This document shows positions 12,126 through 24,659 of a DNA stretch of 64,000 nt, piece by piece (the first letter of the stretch is position 1; every line of letters starts with the position of its first letter). The translations under genes and the position numbers were made by a program. The DNA is from Amoebophrya sp. A120 (lineage: Eukaryota > Protista > Dinoflagellata). Below the pieces are notes generated by a model. That model had not been told where the DNA came from and made no database searches. It worked only from the letters and a program-made list of their open reading frames with translations. Where the stretch lies: NCBI GenBank assembly GCA_905178155.1, contig CAJINV010000016.1, forward strand, positions 1,811,102 to 1,875,101, read 5' to 3'.

Positions 12126-14100
12126 TTAACTCTAGACTGCGCGGGCTGTAATTCTAATTCAAACCAATTTCAAACCAATTTCAAAATTCCAGCATTTTCA
12201 TGCTGTGGCAACCCCGCGGGCCTCCGCGGTGTGCGATTTTTCATTGCATACAGCCCCACAAACTTGACTGCAACGGGAATGCCAAAAGCCCGCCAAAGAG
12301 CTGGCGGGCCTAACGACGGGCCGCCCGCGGCCATGAATGTCGGGGCCCGCGCGTCTGGTGTGGCCTTTCCACACGGGGCCCCACACTCGGAGCGGCGCCG
12401 GCCTTTGCAACGTGTGACAGTACGCGATGGGCCCGAGCGATTTACACTGGCGGAGCAAACCTCCCACACGCAGGGGCGCCACAATCAAATAATGGGCGCC
12501 GGGCGCCTGGCTGCCGCCCCGGTTTGGCAACCCCATACAGGCATAGACACTGCGCCATGGGAAGCAAGACACGGGGCGCCCACGCCCACCCCCGATCGGC
12601 ACGGGCGATACGAATCGGGCAGGCGCGGCACCTCTCCCAAGAATACCGGCGCCGGCAGGTTGGTAGTGCCTGCGCCAAGGGCCCGGCGGCGCGGCTCGTT
12701 GGCAATCAGTGGGCTGCGGGGCTTCGCGGCAATCGGCATCGGCACGGGCGAAGAGCTGCACGCCCCTGCCCTTTGGACCGCTTCGCACACCGGTACGCGA
12801 GGCCCCACCGAATGGCCGACGGCTGCCCTTCGGAAATTCCGAAGCCCATCAATGCCCTTCGCTGATTTCAAAACGCCATCGGCCATCTCGCACGCTTTCA
12901 AAATCCCATCAAGCCTCCTGCGCAATTTCAAAACGTCATCAGGCATTTTGGCCAATTTCAAAACGTCATCAAGCATTTTGGCCAATTTCAAAACGTCATC
13001 AAGCATTTTGGCCAATTTCAAAACGTCATCAAGCATTTTGGCCAATTTCAAAACGTCATCAAGACGATATTCAAAATGCCGTCAGAATTCCGTCAGATTC
13101 CGTCAGAATTCCGTCAGAACCAAGCTACCCATCGGGGAACGGAATTCTGACAGAATTCTGATGGCGTTTTGAAATGCCTTGATGATATTATTTGGAATGT
13201 GCCCAAGCCCTATTTTTCTTTCTTTGCCCAGCGGGTGTCGCCGCCCGATGGAGTTTACTGAACCAGGGGCCCACCCCCTCCGGCTTTCCTCCTTGTCCTG
13301 TCGGGCGTCGCAAATTTGCTCCGAAGAGCGGCCACGCGCTGCAGGAAGGATGCCGCATGCTCCAGGCGGCCCTTCGCCTTCACGGCGCGACGTTGACTAC
13401 GTAGCGCAGAGCCGCGAGGGAGACTATCCCCGCCGCGGCCCCGTCTGCGTCCTCTTCACGTCCGTCTCAGGTAGCCTCGCGACCTACGAGCAGGCGCGCG
13501 GACCACTGCAACACCAAGACGAGGAATTTTCCCCGGCAAGTCGCCCGCGCGCTGGTTCTTCCGAGCCCATCCCGAAGCCCGCCGCGCTTGCTTCCCTCGG
13601 CGATGCTGCCCTCCGGGCGCAACATCTGCTTTTGACGGTCGCAGGGCGCTTTTTGGCTTGCCTTGCGACGAAAAAAGGGGCAGGGAAGGAACCCATGCAA
13701 CAGACTGCGGCGCTCGCAGGCCACCTAACGAAGCCGAGAAACCCAGCGTCACATGGACGCTGCGAGTCTATCCTGTGGCCGTTCGGATCGGAGTTACGAC
13801 CCGCGGGCAATGTAGAGTTGGCCAACGACGAGAGCCGCCTTTCGGCCCAAGTATATTGCCACGCATTTCGGCGCGACCCAACGCACACAGTGGCGCACTA
13901 GCTTCTCCGCTGGATTCAGCCCGCAGCGGTCTGAACTGGGCGAAAAAGAAGCAAATGCGCCGAAACATCAAGACCAAACCGCAGCGCCTTCTAGCACGCA
14001 GGCCGCGCCATTGAAGTTTTGATTTTTGAAAAGCCCCACAGTTTGAAAGTAGTTTGAAATTGTTTTGAAATCATTTCTGGGCCGTGCGGTCCAGCGTTAA
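12126..14100. mobile_element. Non-autonomous ~2-kb TIR element with TTAA termini and an 8-bp TSD
   Basis: Ends ttaactctagactgcgcgggc and ggccgtgcggtccagcgttaa (16/21 inverted match), flanked by aaatttgc on both sides; subterminal ttcaaa/tttgaa repeats; GC-rich; no credible ORF. Confidence 0.85.
12865..13063. repeat. 30-bp minisatellite
   Basis: Unit gccaatttcaaaacgtcatcaagcattttg, ~4 near-perfect and 2-3 degenerate copies. Confidence 0.95.
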
Positions 14101-14555
14101 AAATTTGCGACGCGAAGTTTCCAAATGAAAACTTTTTGTCATGCATGAAAGGAGTATGAATCTTTCTGATTCAGGGTCGAGGCGTATATCGCATCGCTTG
14201 CATGACAAGCGCCGCTCTTGCTAGGATCTTTTGCAATACAAATTTTTGCTACTCACGAGTGGATTTCTGTGATGCTGATACATGCATAGAAGGCGAGTGT
14301 TTCATTTGGAAAGGTTTGCAATACAAATGTTTCCAAGTTCGGGGGTGGGGGCATTTTTCATTGTAATAATCTAGCTGCTCGACCCGGAGGTGGTGCACAG
14401 TCGGGCCCGTTATCATGCAGCCGCCATTCTTGGGCGGGCCGCCTCCGTAAAATTTCGTGGGGCCAGTGCCGTTGTAGGTCAGCGGGAGTGCGTCTCGCCG
14501 ATCGTAGTAACCCTTGTAGTCTGGAAAAAGACTGGACTGCCGCGCTTGCAGTTGC

Positions 14556-14771
14556 TATCCTCTGCAAAAGTATTAATATCGCACGAGTTCGTAGAAGTAG
14601 GTACTTGCAGGAGTACAACACTAGCATGACAGCTTTGGCGTTGGTTTCCTAGTACATGTACAACTACCTGAGTCAGGATTATGAAACGTTCCATTTTTAT
14701 TCTTTCGTTCTGAAAAAACTTGCAAAATGCAGCTTCTACGTGTACGTAGTACGATACTTTGGCAATGCATA
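14556..14771. mobile_element. Introner family E, aged
   Basis: tatcctctgcaaaagtat / atactttggcaatgcata, TSD gttgc/ggtcc; join VADL/QARQSSLFPDY. Confidence 0.75.
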
Positions 14772-17006
14772 GGTCCGCGACCGGCACGAGCTTTTCGGGA
14801 ACGGTTTTGTCCTTGTTGGTGCCAACTGGCTTCTTATTAGTGCCTCCTGCGCCAACCGGAGAAGCAGGCTTTTTTTCGTCCTTGGGTTTTGACGCCCCCA
14901 GCAACGGGTCATCTTTCGGATTCCCGCCCTGAGCTTTGTCTTTAGATCCTATGGAAAAGCGCACTTGCGGCAAAATCTTTCAGTTTCACTCAAAATTTCT
15001 ATTCACGTAAATACTATTTGCTTAATAGTTCTGCGTATACTTCTTCCTGTGCTTCCAGGAGAGGAGCGAGAGCAGAATCACATCATGATCATGATCATGC
15101 CAATAAGGGCGACGATAATAGAAAATAAGCCCCTGCTGCTGGCGTGACGAGAGGTTGAAGACACTGCAGCTGCAAGAAGATGAAAGGGACGACGTGTCAC
15201 AAGTGCATTATTTCATGTGATAAGTCCGGCACCGCAATCGTCTGTTCCCCCGCCGGAATCGGGGTCATTGGCTCCATTTCCCCAATGCACCCTTCCTTCT
15301 TCTGCAGCAATGCGGTCTGTTTTGTTTTTTTTTGCTTCAATCAGATGGATGGAGGCCAAAAAAAGAGGGAAAAAAAAACGACCACAGCTAGAGAAACAAA
15401 ACGAAAACTAGACTCCAAAAGTAAGTAGTTAAAAACGCACACCAATTTCACCTTCGGAACCGCCTTGTCGCCCTTCTTGCGACCGCTTGTGGCCCCGATC
15501 ACATCCCGTTTCCCCCCTCCCGGCTGCTGCTGGTATTGCTGCTGCGTCGTAGTACGGTGCGGGCCGCGCGAGGAGACAGCGTACCCATGGACCGGTAGGA
15601 GAAAAGGAGAGGACGAATCACTGGTCGTCGACAGGATGAGAGCGGCGGCGAGAGGAGACGCCGGCATGGTTCTTTTCGCGAAGAAGGTCATTTTCTTTTC
15701 AAGGACAGCGCCGGTAGTGCCTTTTGGTTTTGTGTGCTTGTTCTAGTCGTGCATCAAATAACGAACTGTGTGTAAGTATAGTATACTTTTGACAGCAAAG
15801 GGGTGCCTGCGCTTGAATGTGCAACTACTACAGGCTTGTTTTCTACTAGATGGGAAATACTTCCAGGTGGAGATAAATCTGATTTTTATTTGCTGGTGAT
15901 GTTTATTCAAGTTCATTGCGGCGTCGTCCTTGGCCGAAGATTCCCGCGGTCTTATTTTCCTCGCTATTCAAAACTCACTTCGGTTTATAAAGTCTTCGCC
16001 TTTTTCTATGCCGGGGGACGAACGAACAACGAAAACGAGGTTGCACGAGTGGTAGGTACGATGTTGAAGAGAAACGAAAAATCGTCGTGAGTTGCCAGGC
16101 ATGAAGGTGTAGTAGAGAGAAAATCTCTACTTCTTCAGCCGGCACTTTGACTTTCTACTTGCACCGAATGTTTACAACCATTGTCTATTCCAGACGAACA
16201 GAAGCTAGAACTTTTTCGTGCATGCAGCGGACGAGAAGATAGACGGGCATAAGTACAACTTGTGAAGAACATACACTTTCTTGCGAGAAAACCGAAGCAA
16301 ACGACCTGGTGCAAACCAAAAACGAGCACGTCAACCTTCGAGGACGAAGAGAACGAACCGAAAGGATGGGTCTTTGTGCTGCATGACAAAGAACTACTGA
16401 TATCACCGAAATCGCATGATGAAAAGGTGCCAACTTCGACAACCTAAGCAACTCTCCAAAAAGCAGAGAGTTTAGTCCCTTTTGTGCGTCGTATATTAGT
16501 TGATACAAGAGTTGATCTCTTTGACAAGTGACCCAGAAAAATGGCAGTAGTTTTCGCTGCGAATAAAGCAAGCAAATCAACAGCATATCGTAGTGCGATG
16601 AAGGCCCAAATAGTATTCATAAATAAAAAGTCGAGAGTTAGTGTGTATTGTGCATCGTCTCTAAGCCAACGATGAACAAAACAGAATACGGAAACTAGGT
16701 TTCGTAATGCTCCAATGTGGCGCGGACTTTGCAAGTGTTGTCCTTCCATGTGCTATCCTGAGAAATTGTAGCCTCCCCCCACTACTTTTATACGATATTC
16801 ATCTGCACCTCGAGGACGAGAGGAAACTTCATTTGTGGAAACAGTACAAAAACCTTGAAGGGCACCCTTGGAAGGTCCTTCCAATGCATGGCCCCCTTCG
16901 TCCCTGTGCATACCAAATACTTAAATTGTACCACGACTGTGACTCGGAAAAGTTGTTAGCTAAGGCGCGCGCGCGCGCGCTAAGTTGTAAACAAGTTTAG
17001 AGCATG

Positions 17007-18282
17007 CTATGTATGGTATGAAGACAGGAGGGGGAGGCTCGTGGTGCACCGAGGATACTGGCATGATGAAAGCGCGTCGCGTGAAGATACTTTCACGCCG
17101 ATCCGGATCCCCAATCTCTCGCATTCGTCCTTCGATTTCATCTTCGAGCAATCCATGCAAGAAAAAGATGTTGCACCCAGCAGTTCGGCATCGTAGATTT
17201 GCCGCACCCAATCCGGCGTCGAGGATGTTGCCGATCCCTCTCGAAGATTTTCATATATTTTTGTGCCGGTGGGAATAATTTTACTTCCCCAGGCACAGTG
17301 CTTCCAGTCACGGATCCAATACCCTTCCGTCCCCTCGCAACTTTCCAATGAACTGCGGATCTCACAACTGCAACAGGGATGGAAGCCGCCGTCGGTCCCC
17401 GGGCAAGTAAAATCGTTTTGATTTTCCACTTCCTCGCAATCCGGGAGGTGCTTCCTTGCTTTCGCCCCCTCACAGCAATCCTGGTCGAAGATGGCACCTG
17501 TTGTAGCATCTTCACCGCCGGACGGTGCGCCTTGCTTCGGGCAGCAGACGGCGTCTTTGGCCGGTCTCGCCCAGTTGCCCAGATGAAGCTTGCTGCTGTC
17601 GCCATCTTGTTCACCAGCAGAAACCGGCTGCACCGACTCAATGTAGGGCCACGGCCCGGCGAAAAAGCATTGCGGGTAAAGCGGTCGTGGGACACCATTC
17701 ATTGTCGTCTTCCTCCGTCGCGCCACACAACGTCTTCGGGTCCGCAACTTCAACTTCTGATTCTGTGCGAGCATGATTGTTTATTTTGTCCTCTTGTTGA
17801 GCAGGAGTCTTCGGCTGGGTCGCGCCTGTGGACGAGTCTTCCTCTTTGGGTGATTTTTCTTCTCCGACCGACTTGCCCGATCCGGCTCCCGACGCCTGCA
17901 ACATTTCATCATCCCCTTGGCTTGGGCTTGTTGCCCCCGGCGCCGGCACCCGAATCTTGTCCTGTGTAACGGTGGTCCGTGGTGGGCTTGTGGGCTCAGG
18001 CTCAATGCACCCTTCCTTCTTCTCCAGCAACGCAGTCTTCCCCGTCGGCTCCTGGTCGAGCTTCTTGTTACGGCCGCTTGTGGTCCTGATCGCATTTTTT
18101 TTCGTCATCTGCAGCCCCGGCTGCCGCTGCTGCTGCGTCGCGGCGATTTGCGAGCTGCGCGAGGAGAGTGCGTACCCCTTGACTGGCAGGAAAAAAGACG
18201 AAGAAAAATCACAAGTCGTCGACAATAACACTGCCGACAACCACATCGGCAGAGAGCAAAATTTGATGCAGTTGAGCGTCAT
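17007..18282 (-). CDS. Secreted Cys-rich protein, paralog of the 15691 gene; frameshift at ~17700 (possible pseudogene)
   Basis: N-terminus LLSTTCDFSSSFFLPVKGYALSSR matches ILSTTSDSSSPFLLPVHGYAVSSR; domain YPQCFFAGPW...CCP...CC...DFTCPGTDGGFHPCC. Confidence 0.65.
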
Positions 18283-19434
18283 CTTTTCTTCCTACGGTGC
18301 TAGTGAAAGGGCGCAGGAATTCCGACTAGCAGGAAAACAAGCGCAGCTACAGTCGACTTTCTTCTGTGGCAGTTGTAGAAGGAGCACCTATACGAGTTTA
18401 TCTTTGTTTTCTTGACCTGAGGCCTTGCCCAAGACTTGTTTGCCTTTTGCGTGCTACTACAAGTCGATGATGTTATTCGACGCGAGTTCTGAGATTGTTT
18501 GAACTGTCTAGGGGGTCCAGAAGATTTGCTGTCGGCATTGTACGTAAATTTGTTTCATGCTGGTGTAGCTACGGAAAAATGATTCCGTCCTTCCGTTCTT
18601 CGGTTTTACGTTTAGGTCTAGGAACGCAAGATTGGTATTTTTCACTTTTTGTAGACAAGTCAAGAGCGGTCAACAAGAAGCAACTCGTAAGAAAAGACGC
18701 AGACGAATTCCAACACAAAGAGAACGAGCAGATAGAAATGCGTGCGATAAGGTAAGGCGGACGAGGACACTTACCTATACCGAAGGACGACCATCTCTTC
18801 ATCACACGCGCTGACTTCTTTGACTGCACGAATTCATCGGTTTTATTTCGGTACGAAGCATCAGCAGGACAACCAGCACGAATGGAGGACCGATTTTCTT
18901 TGGCTTTTCTCCTACAAATGCACGAAGCCGAGAAGTTTCTACTTATTTATTCGGACAGGATTTGTGTTGGAAACAAACGACATCTTTCGTTACTTCTCCG
19001 GGGAGTAGCTAGTAGTTCTTGATCTTTGTCAGCTGCGCGCCAAACACTACAGAAGCAGCAGCGAAGATGCGGCGTTTCTTGCTGAACAAGCAACTCGCTG
19101 CCTCGCACCAAGCTTACGAACCGTCACTATACCTGCTTAGACTGCCTAGTCTTATCTCAACAAAAAAACTGGCGGTAGCAGAAGTGCCCTGAACTGTAGA
19201 AACAGAAACGACCTTCATCCAGGTGACGTGATATTCTCCATGATCTCAAGTTCGAGACATAGGACATTAAGCGTGAAACAAACGTTGGCGTTGCTGCATT
19301 TTGAATTATTTCGAAGTTCTACTGTCAACTGCATGTAGATGAGTTTACAACAAACTTTCAGTGTAGCATTTGAGCTTCGCTCCTGCAGCGCAGGGGAGTA
19401 AAATTATGAAATCGGTAATATCGATCCCCGCTTC

Positions 19435-21362
19435 TCAGCTTTCGCAGTCGACCACGTCCAGCGTGGTCAGCGTCCCTGTGCATATGGCGTTCTCAACTGT
19501 TACATTCTCAACTGTTACATGGATTTGGATTTGTGATGCAAGAATTGCAAAAGTGATAGGTGGGAGATTGCGCCTGTAGCATTACAGATTCCGCACAGAT
19601 TTAGGTGCTGTTTAGCCCTAGGCAAATTTGTCATGCGAAGCAGCTTGATCGCGTGGATGATGATGGTGCTTTTGCATGCCAAATTCATGTAGCAGATGAG
19701 AATGTAACGTTTAAGAACCCCATAGTGCACTCCGCGAACTTGCACCCCGGACAGATGAGCCCGACCGTGCACTTTTGGACTTCCGCATTTTCCTCGTCGC
19801 AGGCAACGTAGTTGTGCGTCACCGGGTTGTGTTCCTTGGATTCCGGGACGCCAGTGGTTACATTCCCGGAGAACTCCTTGTAGTTCAGACGACCATTGTC
19901 CACTCTCCCCTGCTGCGTCATCTTGTCGCAAATCCACTTCACTTCCTTCATATGCATTGCAAAAGTACCGTGCTAGTACACCTAATTTCACCATGACAAT
20001 TTTTTTCAACAGAAGCAATATGTCATGCCGATTCGCGTAAAGAAAGTAAAGTACTTTTGTCATGCGTGATTGCAAGTAGTAGCACGACTACGATATAAGA
20101 TTTTGCATTGGATAGTTCATGTAGGGGTAGCTGTCGGGGACCACACGGATTTCGACGCCTTGGTCCATGGTACCAAATTCTTGTATCACACAGACAAAAA
20201 GAAAACGTAGCAAGCAGTAAATCGCTACATTCGTCTTGCGCTATGATGTCGAGACAAAACTCCAAATTAGTACGTGACGACATGTACCAAGATTATGGGC
20301 CGCATCATCAAGATCAAGCCATGGGGTGCTATTGTCACACAGAGTTTGATGAAAAAGAACAAGAAGATTTATCTGTGCATGATTTTCACGAAAGAATACA
20401 ATTCCGGCTCTCCTACTCTTTACGTCGTCTTTTTCTCTCTGGATATCCTGGCCGCAGCGCAAGTCCGGCCGCGTTCCTCGCTCACGCTGTTGCTCCCCGC
20501 GGCTTTTCTTCTTCGAAAACAAGCTCGCAAAAAACGCGTTCGCTTTGAAGGTTTGTGGTGTAAAGTGTTTGTCACTGTCTCTATTCAGAGAAGAAGTTTT
20601 GTCGAGCGACGAGACTCCTGCAGGGTTCTTCTTCTTGCTGATGATGTTACTACTGGAGTGGTTTTGGTCGTTGTTTCTGCTGTTTTTCGAACTTGCGCTA
20701 GTCATCCTTTTCGTTGTGTCTGACGTGGTTGTTTTTGTAATACGGTGCAGACGCTGCAGATCTTGTTCCTCTTCATTCTTACTTTGCTCGCTGTGAATGT
20801 AGTTCACCCACGAAGATGCCTTTCTTCCGACACTTCTCTTTGCTGCTCTTTTCTTCACCACCTTCAAGCCCGCCGCAAAAATCCTGATTCCACCTCCGCT
20901 TGAGGTGCCGAGCGACGGTGGAGTAGATGTTGAGCTTGTTCTTCTAGAACAGGAAACAACATTCGTAGTTTCTTGTGAAGACGACCTCCAGGACGAGAAA
21001 ACGCCGGGATCTTCACTTGAAGTAAAACTTGCACTGTGGAGGAAAGACGAAAGCAGATAAGTGAAGGCAACATGAAGAAGGAAAATTTTCTGTAGTTGCT
21101 TTCGCCTGTTATTTCCAGCGCTACTCCTACTTCTAGTAGAGGGTGAAGAATCAACTGCGGCTGCAGGTCCTCCTACAGCCCTGGCGTGAGAGAAGAACCC
21201 GAGATTTTTACTGAGTCCACCGGAGGGATGAGAAGCATCAGGAAAAACCGATGTTGAAAGCAAACTGGTACAAGCACTGCCGCAGCGCCGCTTTGTCCTT
21301 GTAGTCACGACGCTCGTCCGGACGCGAGCTGCTGCTGAAGAAGTAGGAGGACCACTTGACAT
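19435..21362 (-). CDS. Protein with a C-terminal 'KWICD' Cys-rich domain (paralog 1 of 4)
   Basis: Long ORF 20241-21362 plus exons joined across ~20176-20398, 19951-20114 and 19483-19724: EVKWICDKMT..RLNYKE..THNYVAC..CPGCKFAECTGTLTTLDVVDCES*. Confidence 0.75.
19483..19724. mobile_element. Introner family F
   Basis: ~45-bp imperfect TIR tatggcgttctcaactgttacattctca / tgagaatgtaacgtttaagaaccccata, TSD gtgca/gtgca. Confidence 0.88.
19951..20114. mobile_element. Introner family E
   Basis: tatgcattgcaaaa / ttttgcattggata, TSD cttca/gttca. Confidence 0.8.
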
Positions 21363-22161
21363 CTTCTTGGAACTCCTGTCCTTCCTCTGTCTTCAAAGCG
21401 AGTGAAGAATTATATTGGAGCTAGACTGATACATAGTTGTTGGCCTGCGAGGCCGCTCTGTGCTTGTGCTAGTACGATGCGACAAGCAAAGACGACAAAT
21501 CGACGACATTGATGAAACGCTGAAACGCCAATCACGAGCAGGCTGCACTTTTTTGCTCATCTCACACCTGGTTCTTGTTGTGCGGACTCTCAGTCGCATA
21601 TTCGATGTTCTTTTCACCCTTATTTCCCACAGATGATATTCTTTCGCCCTCCCCCCTGCTCTCAATTTTTTTTTCCTTTATTTTTTTTCTTCCTTGGAGC
21701 AGAAGAAGTTTAAAGTCGTATCTCGCAACTTGTCTCCACCGCATCTGGAGCGCAGGCAGTCCGCCCCGAAGCGAGCTACGCAGTTTGGGTTACGAACCTC
21801 AGTGCTGCAAGCACCCTCCGCGCAGCTGCGCTACGGCACCTACTTCGGCCTGTTCGTAATTTGCTCGATTTTCTTCAGTAGAGATTACAGTCATACTTCT
21901 TGAAAGTCAGTTGACGCAGCTTGATAAAAGCCGATCAGGCCCCGTGCAATGTTCTTTTAACAGCCGCTCCAATTGTACAAGAAAGTTCATTTTATTCTGC
22001 TCCTTCGGTTGTTATTCATTTTTTAAAAGCGTATTTATTTCATCCTGCATTCGATTGTTTCAAGGTTCAGTGATACTTCTTACTTCTGTAGCTGCTTCAA
22101 AAAAAAAAAAAGAGATGTAGTGGTCCTTATTATCATGCGTACGAGTGCCAGAGAAAATTTT

Positions 22162-24659
22162 CTAGTTCTCACAGTCCAAGATGTGGGTGAAGACGGTGTC
22201 GGTGTCGCTGCAAGCTGCTTCCGCACAGGCGCCACAGGTCGTACCCACTGTGCACGCTTGCACTGCCCTGTTCACGCCCTTGCAACCGATGTAGTTGTGC
22301 GTTATCCTGAGTAAAAACGTACCCACACCAGAGTTGTAATGCAGATTTGCAAAGACAGGAAGACTTGTAATGCGCACCCCCATGAGAGCCATTTCCAATC
22401 GTGTTTTGGAATTTGTGATACTGTGAACAGGATGAGCAGATGAATCTGTGATGCGGCTGCACTTGCTAACCAGCACTACACTGCGGGGTGCAATTTGTCA
22501 TGCGTGACTCCCAAAACTCCTAGGTTTGTGCTGCAAAATCACCATCCTGACTGTGGTGTGGGGACGTTTTTACTCAGGATATGCGTGACCGCTTGTTCTG
22601 CTGTTGCCGGCGGTTTGCCGTCGAGTTTTAGCGGATTCCCGAGTTTGTAGTGCAAAAATCCGCCGGAGGCAACCCCTTGGCGCATTGTTATGCATTGCAA
22701 ATATTTCAATATTACCACCGTGAATTAGTTTGGAAGGACGCTCGGGAGCAGGCATGTTGACAACTCTGTCATTCGTTCGGCCACAATTATAATGCAGGTG
22801 CACGTGTTTGCCATGCGAACAAGCTTCTGTCTGCCGTCAACACCTATGTTGCGAGCAAGGAGTGCATGGCAAGACAAACTTTAATTTTCCAGACGCAAAA
22901 ATAGCAGATAAAAAACATATTTGCATTCGCATATCCGTCATTTTGTCGCAGATCCACATGATGTCATTTTGAATGGACAGGGTCACGGTGCCGCCGCACT
23001 GCGGCAGCGCGTCGCCGCCAGCGCCAGTACCTTGCTTTTCACGACGGAGGTGCAGGTCCTGTGACGTTGTGTGTTTTTTCGCATTGTTCAGCGTCATTTT
23101 GAAAGAAGTAGTGGAAGACCCTTGTTTCGTAGCAAGACCGGCTTGTTCCTTCTGCTGGGCTTCTTTTTTGGAATTGCTCAACGTCATCTTGAAAGCGGTA
23201 GAAGTAGAAGTTGATTTCGTTTTTGTAGAACCAGAGAGGAACTTGTGCTGCGCCAATTCCTGATCCTCCTCCTCCGCGTGTTTGTGCACCTCTTTCACCG
23301 ACGAGTGACCGCTCTCAGAGGTGGAAGCTATCCTACTTCCAGACGATCCCGTGCCTTTTCTCGCATTCAACATGACTTGGAAAGAAGCAGAGGACGTTGT
23401 AGCGGCGGAAGTTGTAGATGAAGATTTTTCATCCTGCTCAAGAACTTCTACGCCAGTCTTTTTCGAAGGATCTATTTGGGTGACTTTGAAAGAAGTGGTT
23501 GTTGTTTCTTCAGGAGCTCTATCGAATGTAAAAATGTCTGGGTCTGGAAGAATGCAAGTAGTTTGTCATGCTTGTCTCGCATGACTCTGGTTCTGGAATC
23601 TGTCATATATGCGCAGGGCAGCAGCCTCTTACCTCTCACGCAAAAACGCAGTTTGTCATGCGGGAAGCGAAACACATAGGAGCTCAGAAACTTGTCATGC
23701 GTGGCTGCGTATCGCAGTGCGCCCACCATGCACAAACTAGCATTACAAGTTTCCAGACCCAGAGCCAGATATTTTTGCATTTGATAAGTTCCTTGGGACA
23801 GCTCATCATCGTCGTTGTGATGGTGGTGGTGGTGGTGATGATGGTGATGATGATGGTGGTGGTGAGGGTGACGATGGTGGTGATGACCTATGCATTTGTA
23901 CAAAAGTATCGAGCTGGTATTTCAGAATCCTAAGCGACATACAAAATTTTCCCACGATGTGAAACAACATCTCCAACGGACGATGGCAAACTTGTCACAC
24001 AGCCGTAGAAATGCAATCAGGACTAGCTCCTCTAGCACGAAGATATTTTTGCACTGAATATGACCATGGTGATGGTGATGATGGTGATGATGATCCTCAT
24101 CCTCCTCCTCTTCGTCCTCCTCTTCATGCTCCATTTCGAGGTCATGTTGCTCCGCGGCCTCGTCCTGAGAAGTGGTCTTCACACGAGTCTCATCAAGCTG
24201 TTCCTTCTTGTGGTGCGCCAACAGCTCCTGGCTCTTTATTTTGTCGTCTTCCTGGGTAGTTTCGATTTCATTCTCCCGCGGCCCGTCATCGTCCCCCGGT
24301 GCGCTTTTTTTCGAATTCAGATTGATTTTCAGAGACAATGTTGACTTGTCCTGCCGTTTTTTATCGGAAGTAGCTTTCTTTCCCGAAGGAGCTGGCGTAA
24401 TGTGCTGGTCGTGTTTTGTTTGTTGTAATTCCGTGGTGCTCTTTGAGTTGTAGTAGTGGTTCCCGACGAGGGGGGAGAAGGAGGCTCTACTTGTTCTTTC
24501 CGCGCCCCCATTAAAAGAACCTCTGGCAGCTGGTACAGCTCCCGCCGAACAAATTATCACCGGTAAAAGCGCGAAGAAGCGTGAACTACCCAAAAGCGAA
24601 AACCGACGCCCGGCCGAGTAAAAACATGACTCGGGCACGGTGCTGCGTGACATTTTCAT
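22162..24659 (-). CDS. His-rich secreted protein with the KWICD-type domain (paralog 2)
   Basis: Signal-like FFALLPVIICSAGA and a poly-His tract. Four introners removed in frame give IMWICDKMT..GFLHYKLG..THNYIGC..CGACAEAAC..ILDCEN*. Confidence 0.8.
22303..22581. mobile_element. Introner family G
   Basis: 28-bp TIR tatcctgagtaaaaacgt(a/c)cccacacca, TSD tgcgt/tgcgt. Confidence 0.92.
22689..22933. mobile_element. Aged introner (A/E-like ends)
   Basis: tatgcattgcaaatat / atatttgcattcgcata; TSD decayed (attgt/tccgt); removal of the element plus 5 nt restores the frame. Confidence 0.7.
23520..23786. mobile_element. Introner family A
   Basis: TIRs, TSD agctc/agttc. Confidence 0.9.
23889..24060. 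mobile_element. Introner family E inside the poly-His tract
   Basis: TAT...ATA, TSD tgacc/tgacc. Confidence 0.85.

Larger units (their letters stand above)
12089..14368. mobile_element. Introner family B expanded by a nested insertion
   Basis: 12089-12125 plus 14109-14368 align with 668-972; TSD decayed (agctt/atcta). Confidence 0.85.
8830..15691 (-). pseudogene. Secreted F5/8-type-C/fucolectin-like protein with a C-terminal Cys-rich domain; disrupted
   Basis: Hydrophobic N-terminus. Assembled motifs ARQSSLF, LDG, WWQVAF, LVLYNRDD..ERLNGATV and LSLCGAQLYV resemble F-type lectin/discoidin folds. Interrupted by introners, a 1.35-kb insert (10542-11888) and a frameshift at ~9170. Confidence 0.6.

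Noticed and set aside
11796-13172. 458-aa plus-strand ORF as a transposase
   Set aside because: It crosses exon, introner, GC-rich and minisatellite sequence and has no DDE, HUH or RT motifs. No autonomous transposase was seen anywhere in the window.
14520-14560. Apparent frameshift in the lectin-like gene
   Set aside because: Resolved by recognising the aged introner 14556-14771.
16965-16980. (GC)8 run
   Set aside because: Simple microsatellite with no other support for function.
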